From Nitrospirota bacterium (GTDB taxonomy: Bacteria; Nitrospirota; JACRHJ01), in assembly GCA_963733375.1 (NCBI GenBank), contig CAVTDB010000026.1, positions 416,001-480,000 of the forward strand: DNA of 64,000 bases, read 5' to 3'. The stretch's first letter is position 1, and each line of letters opens with the position of its first letter. A program made the translations under genes and the position numbers. The notes beneath the pieces were generated by a model, which worked only from the letters and a program-made list of their open reading frames with translations, was not told the DNA's origin and did no database searches. Shown one piece after another: positions 1 to 9,847 of the stretch.

Positions 1-725
1 GAATATCCGACCTCCATCACCTCGAATGTTATATTATTCGAGAAGAGCTTGATCTTCAACCCTTTATAGACCCGGCCATCAACCACCCGGACCAGCACCA
101 CCACGCCCTGATAGGTATCGAACCAGGAGTCGAATATCAGCGCCTTGAGCGGCGCGTCAGCGTCGCCCTCCGGCGGGCTTATCGTATTCACTACCGCTTC
201 GAGCGTCTCCCGTATCCCGATCCCTTCCTTGGCGCTAACGGGGATTGCCTGGGACGCGTCCAGCCCTATCACCTCTTCTATCTCGTTCCGGACCCTCTCG
301 ACATCGGCGCTCGGCAGGTCTATTTTGTTTATTACGGGGATTATTTCGAGGTCGTTATCAATCGCCAGATAGGCGTTTGCAAGCGTCTGCGCCTCCACGC
401 CCTGGGAGGCGTCCACAACGAGCAGCACGCCTTCACACGCGGCGAGGCTCCTGGAGACTTCGTAGGTAAAATCGACGTGTCCGGGCGTATCGATTAAGTT
501 CAGGACATAGCTCCGTCCATCCGCCGCAACGAAATTTATCCTGACGGCGTGGGATTTTATGGTTATCCCGCGCTCACGCTCAAGCGGCATGTCGTCCAGG
601 ACCTGGTCCGACATCTCCCGGGCGCTAAGCGCTCCGGTCAACTCGAGTATCCTGTCCGCCAGCGTGGACTTGCCGTGGTCTATGTGAGCTATTATGCTGA
701 AATTTCTTATGTTTTTGATTTGCAT
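1..725 (-). CDS. lepA: Elongation factor 4 (LepA), 5' part; runs off the left edge of the window
   Basis: Manual translation from ATG at 725 gives [25 protein letters not shown]; downstream [10 protein letters not shown] and NKID GTPase motifs. Confidence 0.96.
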   Translation of the reverse strand, partial: MQIKNIRNFSIIAHIDHGKSTLADRILELTGALSAREMSDQVLDDMPLERERGITIKSHAVRINFVAADGRSYVLNLIDTPGHVDFTYEVSRSLAACEGVLLVVDASQGVEAQTLANAYLAIDNDLEIIPVINKIDLPSADVERVRNEIEEVIGLDASQAIPVSAKEGIGIRETLEAVVNTISPPEGDADAPLKALIFDSWFDTYQGVVVLVRVVDGRVYKGLKIKLFSNNITFEVMEVGY

Positions 726-737
726 TGCGAACTAATG

Positions 738-766
738 ATTTTATATTGAATTTATTTGAAAGTCAA
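738..766 (-). promoter_or_regulatory. Sigma70-type promoter of lepA
   Basis: TTGACT-17 nt-TAAAAT on the minus strand, 12 nt before the ATG. Confidence 0.65.
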
Positions 767-1174
767 AGGGTTTTAGGGGATATGTCAAATAGGGCAGCTG
801 AATATTTGTCGATATACCATCTCCATTCATTCTTAATAACCTCTCTCGACTTGCGCGCCAACACATCGCCGCGTAATGCTTAATCATATATAAATGGGTT
901 TATTGACGGATTTTAGCGGGTACGAATCTGGCGTCATTTCACCCCATTCGGGGCCACTTTTGGGGGTAAAAAAGCGGGTTTCGGAAGGCATCTTTTTAAA
1001 AGGGCAAATGGACCCGTTTTCTGTTATTTTGTATGGAGTTATGCCGCAGAAATTTGCAGATTGCCGACGGAGGAAAACCCGGTTTTCGTCTCACTCAACC
1101 AATTGAAAAATAAAGGTTCTCTCACACTGATTTTTGCGGATTTCTATATACCGCCAGCATTAATAAGCAGCTAT

Positions 1175-2143
1175 TTATTTGACCCGTATTATTTTCAGCG
1201 CCAGCCCCGCCGCGCCAAGGATTCCGGCGTCGTCTTTCAATTTGCCCCGGACTATCCTGCACCTCTCGGCGGGTATTTTGAACGCCCTTGCCCTGACTTC
1301 CTCTTTTAACGGACCGATGAAGAGGTCCCATGCCCCGGCCATGCCGCCCCCGATGACTATGCACTCTATATTGAGCAAATTAATCAAATCGGCAATGGCA
1401 ATGCCTAGGTATTTCCCCACATCGAAATATATCCCGCCTGCAACTCTGTCCCCTTTTTTTGCCGCATCCGCCACCGCTTCCGCCGTTATCGGAAGTCCAG
1501 CTTTTTTCAGGTCTTTTAAAGTTGTGTTGACCCCCCTTGCTACCGCCGCGCCAGCCATCTCGATGACCGCGGTGGCGGAAGAGTACCTCTCCAGGCACCC
1601 GCGGTTCCCGCAAGGGCAGAGCGGCCCGTCAGGGTTAACCGTGATATGCCCGACTTCCCCCGCCATGCCGTCCGCGCCGCGCCAGATATTACCTCCCAGT
1701 ATTATACCGCCGCCCACCCCCGTGCCGAGCGTAATGCAGACCATGCTGGAGGTCCCTTTTCCGGCGCCGAACCAGTATTCACCCAGGGCATAAGCGTTGG
1801 CATCGTTTTCCACATGGACCGGATAGGAGAAACTCTCCTCAAGCCTTGCGCGGAGCGGGATATCCTTCCAGCCCGGCAGGTTCGGAGACAACCGCACGAT
1901 GCCCTCCTTCGCCGAAATTATCCCGGGGACGCCGATGCCTATACCGGCTATTTTCATCCCGGCGGCCTGGGCTTTTCTTGCGAGAGTCTGTATCCCGCCC
2001 GTCAGCCGCTCCAGGACTGTTTCCGCCCCTTCTGCCGCCATAGTCCCGGTGCGCCGGCGGGAGATAATTTTTTCGTCCTCTCGCACCAGCCCGAACCGCA
2101 GGTTAGTCCCGCCGAGGTCAACTCCTATAGCGGTTTTTTGCAA
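1175..2143 (-). CDS. glk: ROK-family glucokinase
   Basis: GVDLGGTN, ENDAN, LGTGVGGG, GEVGH and CPCGNRGCLE motifs; TTG start at 2143 preceded by AGGAGG. Confidence 0.88.
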   Translation of the reverse strand: MQKTAIGVDLGGTNLRFGLVREDEKIISRRRTGTMAAEGAETVLERLTGGIQTLARKAQAAGMKIAGIGIGVPGIISAKEGIVRLSPNLPGWKDIPLRARLEESFSYPVHVENDANAYALGEYWFGAGKGTSSMVCITLGTGVGGGIILGGNIWRGADGMAGEVGHITVNPDGPLCPCGNRGCLERYSSATAVIEMAGAAVARGVNTTLKDLKKAGLPITAEAVADAAKKGDRVAGGIYFDVGKYLGIAIADLINLLNIECIVIGGGMAGAWDLFIGPLKEEVRARAFKIPAERCRIVRGKLKDDAGILGAAGLALKIIRVK

Positions 2144-2175
2144 CTGAGCGCCCTCCTGTAGTAATAATAGATAAA

Positions 2176-2204
2176 ATAATAGTTCCCCCTGGCCCTTTTG
2201 TCCA
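2176..2204 (-). promoter_or_regulatory. Putative sigma70 promoter of glk
   Basis: TGGACA-17 nt-TATTAT. Confidence 0.45.
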
Positions 2205-2304
2205 TAATAAAACTTTAGGGTTACTATTGGCGTCATAAATGATAGGATTTCGCAACCTCCGGCGCAAGACTCGAAATTATTAAAGAAAAACTAGTTTATT
2301 ATTC

Positions 2305-2333
2305 TTGAATTTTTTTAAAATCCGTGTTAATAT
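2305..2333 (+). promoter_or_regulatory. Putative sigma70 promoter (extended -10) of the perR/hfq-like operon
   Basis: TTGAAT-17 nt-TAATAT with TG at -15/-14. Confidence 0.5.
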
Positions 2334-2379
2334 TTGCCCCGTATGCAATTATCTAATAATAATAAATGGGATGCCTGCC

Positions 2380-2781
2380 ATGAAAAACGAAAACGGAATT
2401 AAGTACAGGATGACGAAACAGAAGAGAGTTATCCTCGAAGTCCTTAAGAATACGAAATCTCATCCCACCGCGGATTGGGTTTACGACAAGGTCAAGAAAA
2501 AGATTCCGAACATCAGCCTCGGCACGGTATACAGAAATCTTAACATATTGAAAAACCAGGGCGAGATACTCGAACTGTCCTACGGCAAAGGCTTCAGCCG
2601 CTTCGACGGCAACTCTTCAAAGCATTATCATTTCACCTGCGAGCACTGCGGCAGGATATTAGACGTCGAAACACCGGAATTTCCCGAAATCGAGCAGGAA
2701 GTTACCAGGCACATGGGCGTCAAGGTGGCGCGGCACCGTCTTGAATTCTACGGTTCCTGCCCGGACTGCATTACCGACTGA
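2380..2781 (+). CDS. Fur-family regulator, PerR-like
   Basis: HPTADWVY, SLGTVYRNL, RFD, HYHFTCEHCG, ILDV and CPDC; the His/Asp ligand pattern matches PerR, with two CxxC for structural Zn. Confidence 0.9.
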   Translation: MKNENGIKYRMTKQKRVILEVLKNTKSHPTADWVYDKVKKKIPNISLGTVYRNLNILKNQGEILELSYGKGFSRFDGNSSKHYHFTCEHCGRILDVETPEFPEIEQEVTRHMGVKVARHRLEFYGSCPDCITD

Positions 2782-2801
2782 CCCCAACCTTACGGCACCG
2801 A

Positions 2802-3290
2802 ATGACCCAGGCACTGAAGCTCGAAGAATCTTTTTTTAAAATAGCTGTCGAAGAGGCTGTCGCCCTGAGGCTTACTCTCGCGAACCGCGAAAGGCTGACA
2901 GGCATAGTAAAAGCGGCGGGGAAATACGATTTAAACATCGAATCGGAAGGGCGCATCATTGCGCTCATGAAAAAAGAAGTTTTTCAGGTCCTCCCCTCCA
3001 GAAACCTCATCGATGAATCTTTTTTCCAGCCTCAAGCAGAGGAAGAGCAGCTCCCCCATAAATCACGGGTGCAGGACGAATTCCTGGGCCGTTACGTAAA
3101 GGAGCGGACGCTCGCGCTTTTGCGTCTCGTCAACGGCGAGGAGATACGGGGCGTCATCGAAGGGTACGACGGCTTCACGATATCCATAAGAACGGGCAGG
3201 GGCCAGACCCTGATATACAAGCACGGGCTCTGCAACATCAGTCCCGGTTACAGACGTCGCCAGAGGGAAAATGAACACCAGCCCATTTGA
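2802..3290 (+). CDS. Protein with two tandem Hfq/Sm-like domains
   Basis: C-domain QDEFL..LVNG..GVIEGYDGF..QTLIYKH aligns to Hfq; N-domain LEESFF..LANR..LTGIVK..LMKKEVFQVLPSR is a degenerate copy. Confidence 0.8.
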   Translation: MTQALKLEESFFKIAVEEAVALRLTLANRERLTGIVKAAGKYDLNIESEGRIIALMKKEVFQVLPSRNLIDESFFQPQAEEEQLPHKSRVQDEFLGRYVKERTLALLRLVNGEEIRGVIEGYDGFTISIRTGRGQTLIYKHGLCNISPGYRRRQRENEHQPI

Positions 3291-3676
3291 TGAAGCGTTG
3301 GAAGGGTTTTATTCCAAGGGTGCGGAAGCCGCTATTACCTTAAAAGACGGCTCCGAGCTTAAGGGCAAGGTAAAGAAATACGACGGCTATGTCATATTCC
3401 TGGACAACGGGGCCGAAATGATGGTCTATCGCCATTCGATCCTGAAGCTCTCCGAAGCGGCGCGGCCGGCGCAACGGGCGGAGAAGGCCCAGGCGCGCCC
3501 CAGGCCAGCACCCCGGACGGCTCCTGCGCGAATGCCCCAGAAGTACGCGCCCAAAAGAAAAGGCCGCCCAGGAAAGAGCCCTTTCAGGCCATTCCCCAGA
3601 AGGAACAGGAGCCAGGTGGTATATCCCGGATGGGAGAAGAACTGCTGAAGTGGCTGAAGAACCAAAAGGGCAATGA
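3271..3676 (+). CDS. Divergent Hfq-like protein with Pro/Ala/Arg-rich tail (one apparent indel near 3590)
   Basis: ITLKDG..LKGKVKKYDGYVIFL..MMVYRHSI Sm1/Sm2 pattern; an alternative frame gives EEQEPGGISRMGEELLKWLKNQKGQ* ending in an ATGA overlap with lnt. Confidence 0.75.
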
Positions 3677-5197
3677 GTAACATCTCTTTGTTTTTCCTCC
3701 CCCTGCTCTCAGGAATACTCCTCGCGCTCTCTTTCCCAAAGGCGGACATATCCGTCCTTGCCTGGGTCGCGCTGATACCGCTTCTTTATTCCATCAGGGA
3801 CAAGTCGCCCAGACAATCTTTTAAAGAGGGTTTCATTGCCGGGATAGCCTTTTACGCGCTCTCCCTGAGATGGGTTTTAATCGTCATGCGGGATTATGGC
3901 GGCATAGGCTCCCTTCCGAGCTTTTTCCTGCTGCTCGCGCTCTCGGCGTACCTCGCCCTGTACATCGGCACGTTCGCCTGGCTTTATGTCAAGGCGCGGG
4001 AACATGCCGGGCCAGCCTCGGTACTGCTGGCCCCTGCATTCTGGGTGGCTCTGGAACTGCTCCGGAATTACCTTCTCTCCGGCTTTCCCTGGAACCTGCT
4101 GGGATATTCGCAGCACCAGAACCTGCCCCTGATACAAATTGCCGATATTACCGGAGTTTACGGCGTCTCCGCTTTAATCGTTATGACAAACGCGGCGATT
4201 ACCGAATTTATTGCGGTGATGTCTTACAGGGAATATGCGGACCGGAAGATAATCTGGCCTGTCACGGCCGTGGCGGTAATGGCCGCTCTCCGCCGTCTAC
4301 GGACATTACCGTCTGACGGACCTCCCGCGCCCGTATGGTTCCATGACAGTAACCGTCGTGCAGGGGGATATAGAGCAGTTCCATAAATGGGACCCGGCGT
4401 TCCAGATGCAGGTATTCGATGTTTATAAAAAATTAACAGCCGATGCCGTGGCACAGAAAAAGCCGGACCTCGTAATCTGGCCGGAGACCGCGACCCCTTT
4501 TTATTTTCAGGACAGGGTTCTGGTCGGGGAGCTTTCCGACTCGGTTAAAAAGACAAATACCTGGCTTCTGACCGGTAGCCCTTCCATCGAGGAGCGCGGC
4601 AGCGATTACGTCGAGTACAACAGTGCATATCTCATTAATCCCTCTGGAATACCGGCGGACCGCTACGACAAGATGCACCTGGTGCCGTTCGGGGAATACG
4701 TGCCGCTTAAGACCCTCCTGCCGTTTGTAAGCAAGATGGTCCACGGCATCGGCGATTTCGGCGCGGGCCGCGACTATACCGTCATGCGGATGAGCAAGGG
4801 CTCTTTCGGGACCGCGATATGTTTCGAGGTTATATTCCCGGAACTCGTGCGGCATTTCGTGTTGGGGGGCGCGAATTTCCTGACCAGCATAACCAACGAT
4901 GCATGGTTCGGAAATTCCGGAGCTCCGTATCAGCATTTCGATATGTCGGTGTTCCGGGCGGTGGAGAACCGGAGGTCTATGGTGCGCGCGGCCAATACGG
5001 GCATATCGGGTGTAATACTTCCGTCGGGCGAAGTGATTGCGAGGACGAGTCTTTTCAAGCGGGTACGCGATTACGGCGGAGGTGCCTTTGATGAAAGAAA
5101 AAACCTTCTACACCCTGTACGGGGACATATTCGCGTACTTATGTTCTGGAATTACGGCATGCTTTATTGCTATAATTTTATACAGGAGGTCCTTTAA
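3673..5197 (+). CDS. lnt: Apolipoprotein N-acyltransferase (broken by indels near 4295 and 5065)
   Basis: GFPWNLLGYSQ, WPETA, YDKMHLVPFGEY, ICFE, TNDAWF and RAANTGIS motifs across three frames. Confidence 0.93.
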
Positions 5198-5201
5198 AAA
5201 G

Positions 5202-6333
5202 ATGATAACAATGGAAGAAGTACAGCGGGAGCTCTCAAGCCTGCGGGATAGGGTTTCGGCCCTGAGGAGGCATCTTTGACATACCCGCCAAGGAGAAGCG
5301 CGTCCAGGAGATAAACGGCCTGATGGAGGTCCAGGAATTCTGGGAGAACGCGGAAGCCGCGCAGTCGCTCATGAAGGAGAAAACCGGCCTTCAGAGCGCC
5401 ATCTCGTCCTGGGACTCTTTAAGCAAGGCATCTGAAGAGCTTGACGTGATGCTGGAGCTTGCCTCGGAGGAGGGCGGCGAAGAGCTTACACTGGACATAG
5501 ACGCGGCGATGAAAAAACTCGCCCATGATATAGACTCGGCTGAGCTGGAGCTGATGCTATCCGGCGAGAACGACCGGCTTAACGCCATCCTTACCGTCCA
5601 CCCGGGCGCTGGCGGGACGGAATCCCAGGACTGGGCGGAGATGCTGCTCCGGATGTACCTTAGGTGGTGCGAGCGCAGGGGCTACAAGACCGAGATAATA
5701 GACTACCTCCCCGGCGAAGAGGCTGGCGTGAAAAGCGTCACGTTCGAGGTCACGGGCAAGAACGCATACGGATATTTAAAGGCGGAGGCCGGCGTCCACA
5801 GGCTGGTAAGGATATCGCCTTTCGACTCCAATAAAAGAAGGCACACGAGCTTCGCGTCCGTATTCGTCTATCCGGAGGTCGAGGACGACGTAAAGATAGA
5901 GATCGACGAGAAAGACTTGCGGATAGACACCTACCGGGCTTCCGGCGCGGGCGGCCAGCATGTCAACAAGACCTCCTCCGCCATACGGATTACGCACATA
6001 CCGACGAATATCGTCGTGCAGTGTCAGGACGAGCGCTCGCAGTTCAAAAACAAGGACAAGGCATTCAAGGTCCTGCGCTCCCGCCTCTACGACCTGGAGG
6101 TGAAGAAGAAGGAAGCGGAGCGCGACAAGATGAACAGCACGAAAAAGGACATCGCCTGGGGAAGCCAGATACGCTCCTACGTCTTCATGCCCTACCAGAT
6201 GGTTAAGGACCATCGGACCGGCCATGAGGTCGGGAATATAAGCGCGGTTATGGACGGCGACCTGGACGGCTTCATCGAGGCCTATCTCCTCGGCAAGCGC
6301 GCGCAGCCGGGCGCCGCGACAGACGACATCTAA
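5202..6333 (+). CDS. prfB: Peptide chain release factor 2 with programmed +1 frameshift
   Basis: SPF and GGQ motifs; the 25-codon first segment ends in CTT TGA C and continues as DIPAKEKR in the +1 frame. Confidence 0.97.
5265..5280 (+). promoter_or_regulatory. RF2 autoregulatory +1 frameshift site
   Basis: AGGAGG-CAT-CTT-TGA-C: internal Shine-Dalgarno 3 nt before the canonical slippery site. Confidence 0.95.
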
Positions 6334-6971
6334 TGGACATAAACGACCTCCTCCGGCATTACAAGGGCCGCAAGAACGAAATCCGCGCCCGCCTCGCCGA
6401 GTTCAAGGAAACATGGCGGCAGGGAGACCTTGCGATATTCAAGGAACTCTGCTTCTGCATCCTTACCGCCAATACCTCCGCGAAGATGGGCATCAACTGC
6501 ATCGAGGCCGCCGGCGACGATATACTCACCGCTGACGTTGAAGGTATAAGGAATATCCTCTGCGGCAGGTACCGCTTCTGGAAGATTCGCCCGAACTATA
6601 TCATCCATACGCGGGAATACCTTCAACAGGAATGCGCCCTCAAAATAAAAAAGAAAATCGAGTCGCTTGCCGACTTCCACCAGCGCCGCGATTTCTTCGC
6701 GGACAACCCCGGCATAAAAGGTTTAGGTTATAAGGAGGCGAGCCATTTCCTCCGTAACATCGGGTTTGAAGGCTATGCCATTTTAGATATCCACGTCGTC
6801 CGCCTGCTCCACGAACTGGGCATACTCCCGGAGGCGAAACGCCCGGCGAACCGCAAGCAGTATGTCTTCATGGAAGAGAAGATGCGCGAATTCTCCAAAG
6901 ATATAAAAATCGGAATGGACGAACTCGACCTTGCGTTATGGAGTTACCGGACGGGGGAGATACTTAAATAA
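6333..6971 (+). CDS. ogg: 8-oxoguanine DNA glycosylase/AP lyase (Ogg2 type, HhH-GPD)
   Basis: ELCFCILTAN, KGLGYKEASHFLRNIG, AILDIHV and a C-terminal Lys. Confidence 0.88.
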   Translation: MDINDLLRHYKGRKNEIRARLAEFKETWRQGDLAIFKELCFCILTANTSAKMGINCIEAAGDDILTADVEGIRNILCGRYRFWKIRPNYIIHTREYLQQECALKIKKKIESLADFHQRRDFFADNPGIKGLGYKEASHFLRNIGFEGYAILDIHVVRLLHELGILPEAKRPANRKQYVFMEEKMREFSKDIKIGMDELDLALWSYRTGEILK

Positions 6972-6988
6972 ACTGTTCCTTTATTCCC

Positions 6989-7017
6989 TTGACCTGCCTA
7001 TAATTTCTTTCTATAAT
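6989..7017 (+). promoter_or_regulatory. Sigma70 promoter of lysS
   Basis: TTGACC-17 nt-TATAAT. Confidence 0.75.
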
Positions 7018-7051
7018 TCCAACACTTTATAAATTCATGAAAGGACTCGTA

Positions 7052-8602
7052 ATGCTCGAAGAGAATGAACTGATACAGGTGCGCAGAAAGAAGCTCGAAG
7101 ACTTACGTGCGATGGGGATAAACCCTTACGGGCAGAGATATGAGGTAAAAGACCACGCGAAGGAACTGCACGATAAATACGGCCCGACATCCAAGGAAGA
7201 ACTGGAAAACAATAAAGTCCAGGTAACGGCGGCGGGACGGATCGTGGCCTTCCGGAGCTTCGGAAAGGCCGCTTTTGCGCATATACAGGACGTAAGCGGA
7301 AAGATACAGATTTACATGAAGCGCGACATTCTGGGAGAGGAGCAGTTCAAGCTTTTAAACCTGCTTGATATAGGCGACTATATCGGTGTGGAGGGTTTCC
7401 TGTTCCGCACGAGAACGGACGAGCTGACGGTAGAGGTGGAGAAACTAACGCTCCTTTCCAAGTCCCTTCGCCCCCTGCCTGAGAAATGGCATGGCTTAAC
7501 TGACATCGAGACCCGCTACCGCCAGAGGTACGTGGACTTGATCGTGAACCCGGAGGTCCGCGACACCTTTGTCACGCGCAATAAAATAATCAAGGCCATC
7601 CGCGCATCCCTGGAGGAAAAGGGTTTTCTGGAAGTCGAGACGCCCATGATGCAGCAGATACCCGGCGGAGCCACCGCTAGGCCGTTTATCACGCACCATA
7701 ACGCCCTGGACATGGACCTGTACCTGCGCATCGCGCCGGAGTTGTATTTAAAGCGTCTTATCGTCGGCGGGTTCGAGAGGGTCTACGAGTTGAACCGGAA
7801 CTTCCGGAACGAGGGTATCTCCATCAAGCACAACCCCGAGTTCACGATGCTGGAGTTCTATATGGCGTATGCGGACTACCACGTCCTGATGGAACTGACG
7901 GAGGAGCTTTTTTCGCGCATAGCACTGGAAGTGAAGGGCTCGCTGAAACTTGCGTACCAGGGGGACGAGGTGGATTTGACCCCTCCCTGGCCGAGGATGA
8001 GCATGGAGAAAGCGATTGTAAAATTCGCCGGCGCCGGCAGTGATGATTTAAACGACCTGGAGCGTGCGCGGGCGTTCGCGAAGAAGAATGACGTGCCGCT
8101 TGAAGATGGACTTTCCCTGGCGAAGGTGGTCAACGAGATATTCGAGAAGACCACGGAGTTCAGGATAATCAACCCGGTCTTTATAACCGATTACCCGGTC
8201 GAGCTTTCGCCGCTTTCCAGAAGAAATGACCAGAATCCGGAGTTGGTCGATCGTTTCGAACTGATAATAGCCGGGCGAGAGATGGCAAACGCATTCTCGG
8301 AGCTTAACGACCCGCAGGACCAGCTCTCGCGCTTTCAGGACCAGGTCTCCCAGCGCGAGAAGGGCGATGTTGAGGCGCAGTTCATGGACGAGGACTATGT
8401 ACGCGCGCTCGAATATGGCATGCCTCCGACAGCCGGAGAGGGCATAGGCATCGACCGCCTGGTGATGCTGATGACGGACTCCCCTTCCATCCGCGACGTA
8501 ATCCTTTTCCCGCAGTTGCGGAAGGAGTTCAAAAAGGGTACAAGCGATATGGGCGCATCGGCGGCTGGAATTAATAAAGAAGATCCGGAAGAGCGGCGTT
8601 AA
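7052..8602 (+). CDS. lysS: Lysine--tRNA ligase (class II)
   Basis: [40 protein letters not shown]; ATG at 7052 after AAGGA. Confidence 0.98.
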   Translation: MLEENELIQVRRKKLEDLRAMGINPYGQRYEVKDHAKELHDKYGPTSKEELENNKVQVTAAGRIVAFRSFGKAAFAHIQDVSGKIQIYMKRDILGEEQFKLLNLLDIGDYIGVEGFLFRTRTDELTVEVEKLTLLSKSLRPLPEKWHGLTDIETRYRQRYVDLIVNPEVRDTFVTRNKIIKAIRASLEEKGFLEVETPMMQQIPGGATARPFITHHNALDMDLYLRIAPELYLKRLIVGGFERVYELNRNFRNEGISIKHNPEFTMLEFYMAYADYHVLMELTEELFSRIALEVKGSLKLAYQGDEVDLTPPWPRMSMEKAIVKFAGAGSDDLNDLERARAFAKKNDVPLEDGLSLAKVVNEIFEKTTEFRIINPVFITDYPVELSPLSRRNDQNPELVDRFELIIAGREMANAFSELNDPQDQLSRFQDQVSQREKGDVEAQFMDEDYVRALEYGMPPTAGEGIGIDRLVMLMTDSPSIRDVILFPQLRKEFKKGTSDMGASAAGINKEDPEERR

Positions 8603-9829
8603 ATGTCCTACTCCGCTTTTATCGCCCTTCGTTATCTTAAAGGAAGACGCAGGCACACCCCCATCTCGCTCAATACCATCATATCCATCGGCGGGGTTGC
8701 GTTGGGCGTTATGGCGCTTATCGTCGTGCTCTCGGTTATGAGCGGGTTCGAGCACGACCTCATGAAAAAAATACTGGGCACCAACTCCCCCATCGTCGTT
8801 TCGTCCTTCAACGACAAAGGCATCACGGACTATAACCAGCAGATGAAGAAAATCCAGGCGATCCCTCACGTAATCTCCGTCGCGCCTTTTACCTACAGCG
8901 AAGTAATGCTCACCTCGCCAAGCAGCGTCTCCGGAATAATTTTGAAGGGCGTGGACCCCGCCTCAATCGGCAAAGTAACCGAGCTTTCAAAAACTATGGT
9001 GGCCGGGAGCATATCGGGGTTGAATACGTCCGGACCCGTGCCGGGAATCCTGCTGGGGCGGGAGTTGGCGGCAAACCTTGGCGTGCGCACGGGCGAGAGG
9101 GTACGGGTGGTGTCTCCTTTCGGGACGATTACACCTCTTGGCATGGCGCCGAAATTTCAGGAATTCGTCGTTACAGGGCTTTTCGATACCGGCATGTACG
9201 AATACGACTCCAAGCTCGCATATATATCGATACCGGTGGCTCAGAAATTCTTCGGCCTTGGCGATTCCGTCACGGGTTTCGAGGTTAGAATCGACGACCT
9301 TAGCCTCTCGGCGCCTCTGGCCCTTACGATACAAAGCCACCTCGGATTCCCGTTCCGCGCGCGGGACTGGATGCAGATGAACAGAAGCCTTTTCTCCGCG
9401 CTGAAGCTGGAGAAGATAACAATGTTCGTCATACTGGTGCTCATCATCATCGTCGCCTCGTTTAATATCGTGAGCACGCTCATAATGATAGTAATAGACA
9501 AGGCGCGGGAGATAGCGATACTCAAATCCATGGGCGCGACCCGCGCCGGGATAATGAAAATTTTCATGATAAACGGGACCATAATCGGCGTTGTCGGAAC
9601 CCTTATCGGACTTGCGGGAGGGCTGGCTGTTTGTTTTATCATCGAGAAAACCAGCCTCATCACCCTCCCGAGCGACATCTATTATATCAGTCATTTGCCG
9701 GCGCGGGTCGACCCCGTGGAACTGGTTGTCATATGCGCCTCGGCGATAATAATCAGTTTCGGGGCGACGCTTTACCCGTCATGGCAGGCGGCGAAGCTCG
9801 ACCCGCTGGAAGCTCTCAGGTACGAATAA
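8603..9829 (+). CDS. lolE: Lipoprotein-releasing ABC transporter permease, LolC/E family
   Basis: LIVVLSVMSGF, REIAILKSMGA, PLEALRYE. Confidence 0.92.
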   Translation: MSYSAFIALRYLKGRRRHTPISLNTIISIGGVALGVMALIVVLSVMSGFEHDLMKKILGTNSPIVVSSFNDKGITDYNQQMKKIQAIPHVISVAPFTYSEVMLTSPSSVSGIILKGVDPASIGKVTELSKTMVAGSISGLNTSGPVPGILLGRELAANLGVRTGERVRVVSPFGTITPLGMAPKFQEFVVTGLFDTGMYEYDSKLAYISIPVAQKFFGLGDSVTGFEVRIDDLSLSAPLALTIQSHLGFPFRARDWMQMNRSLFSALKLEKITMFVILVLIIIVASFNIVSTLIMIVIDKAREIAILKSMGATRAGIMKIFMINGTIIGVVGTLIGLAGGLAVCFIIEKTSLITLPSDIYYISHLPARVDPVELVVICASAIIISFGATLYPSWQAAKLDPLEALRYE

Positions 9830-9847
9830 AAGAAGGAGGTCCTATCG

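Noticed and set aside
741-830. 29-aa minus-strand ORF MNGDGISTNIQ... upstream of lepA with a GAGG
   Set aside because: It runs through the lepA promoter and has no recognisable features; cannot be distinguished from chance
894-1309. Plus-strand ORFs 894-1106 and 1061-1309
   Set aside because: No RBS, atypical composition, and the second overlaps glk
2159-2230. AT-rich tracts as defined Fur/PerR boxes
   Set aside because: Only partial matches to 7-1-7 palindromes, and they overlap promoter elements
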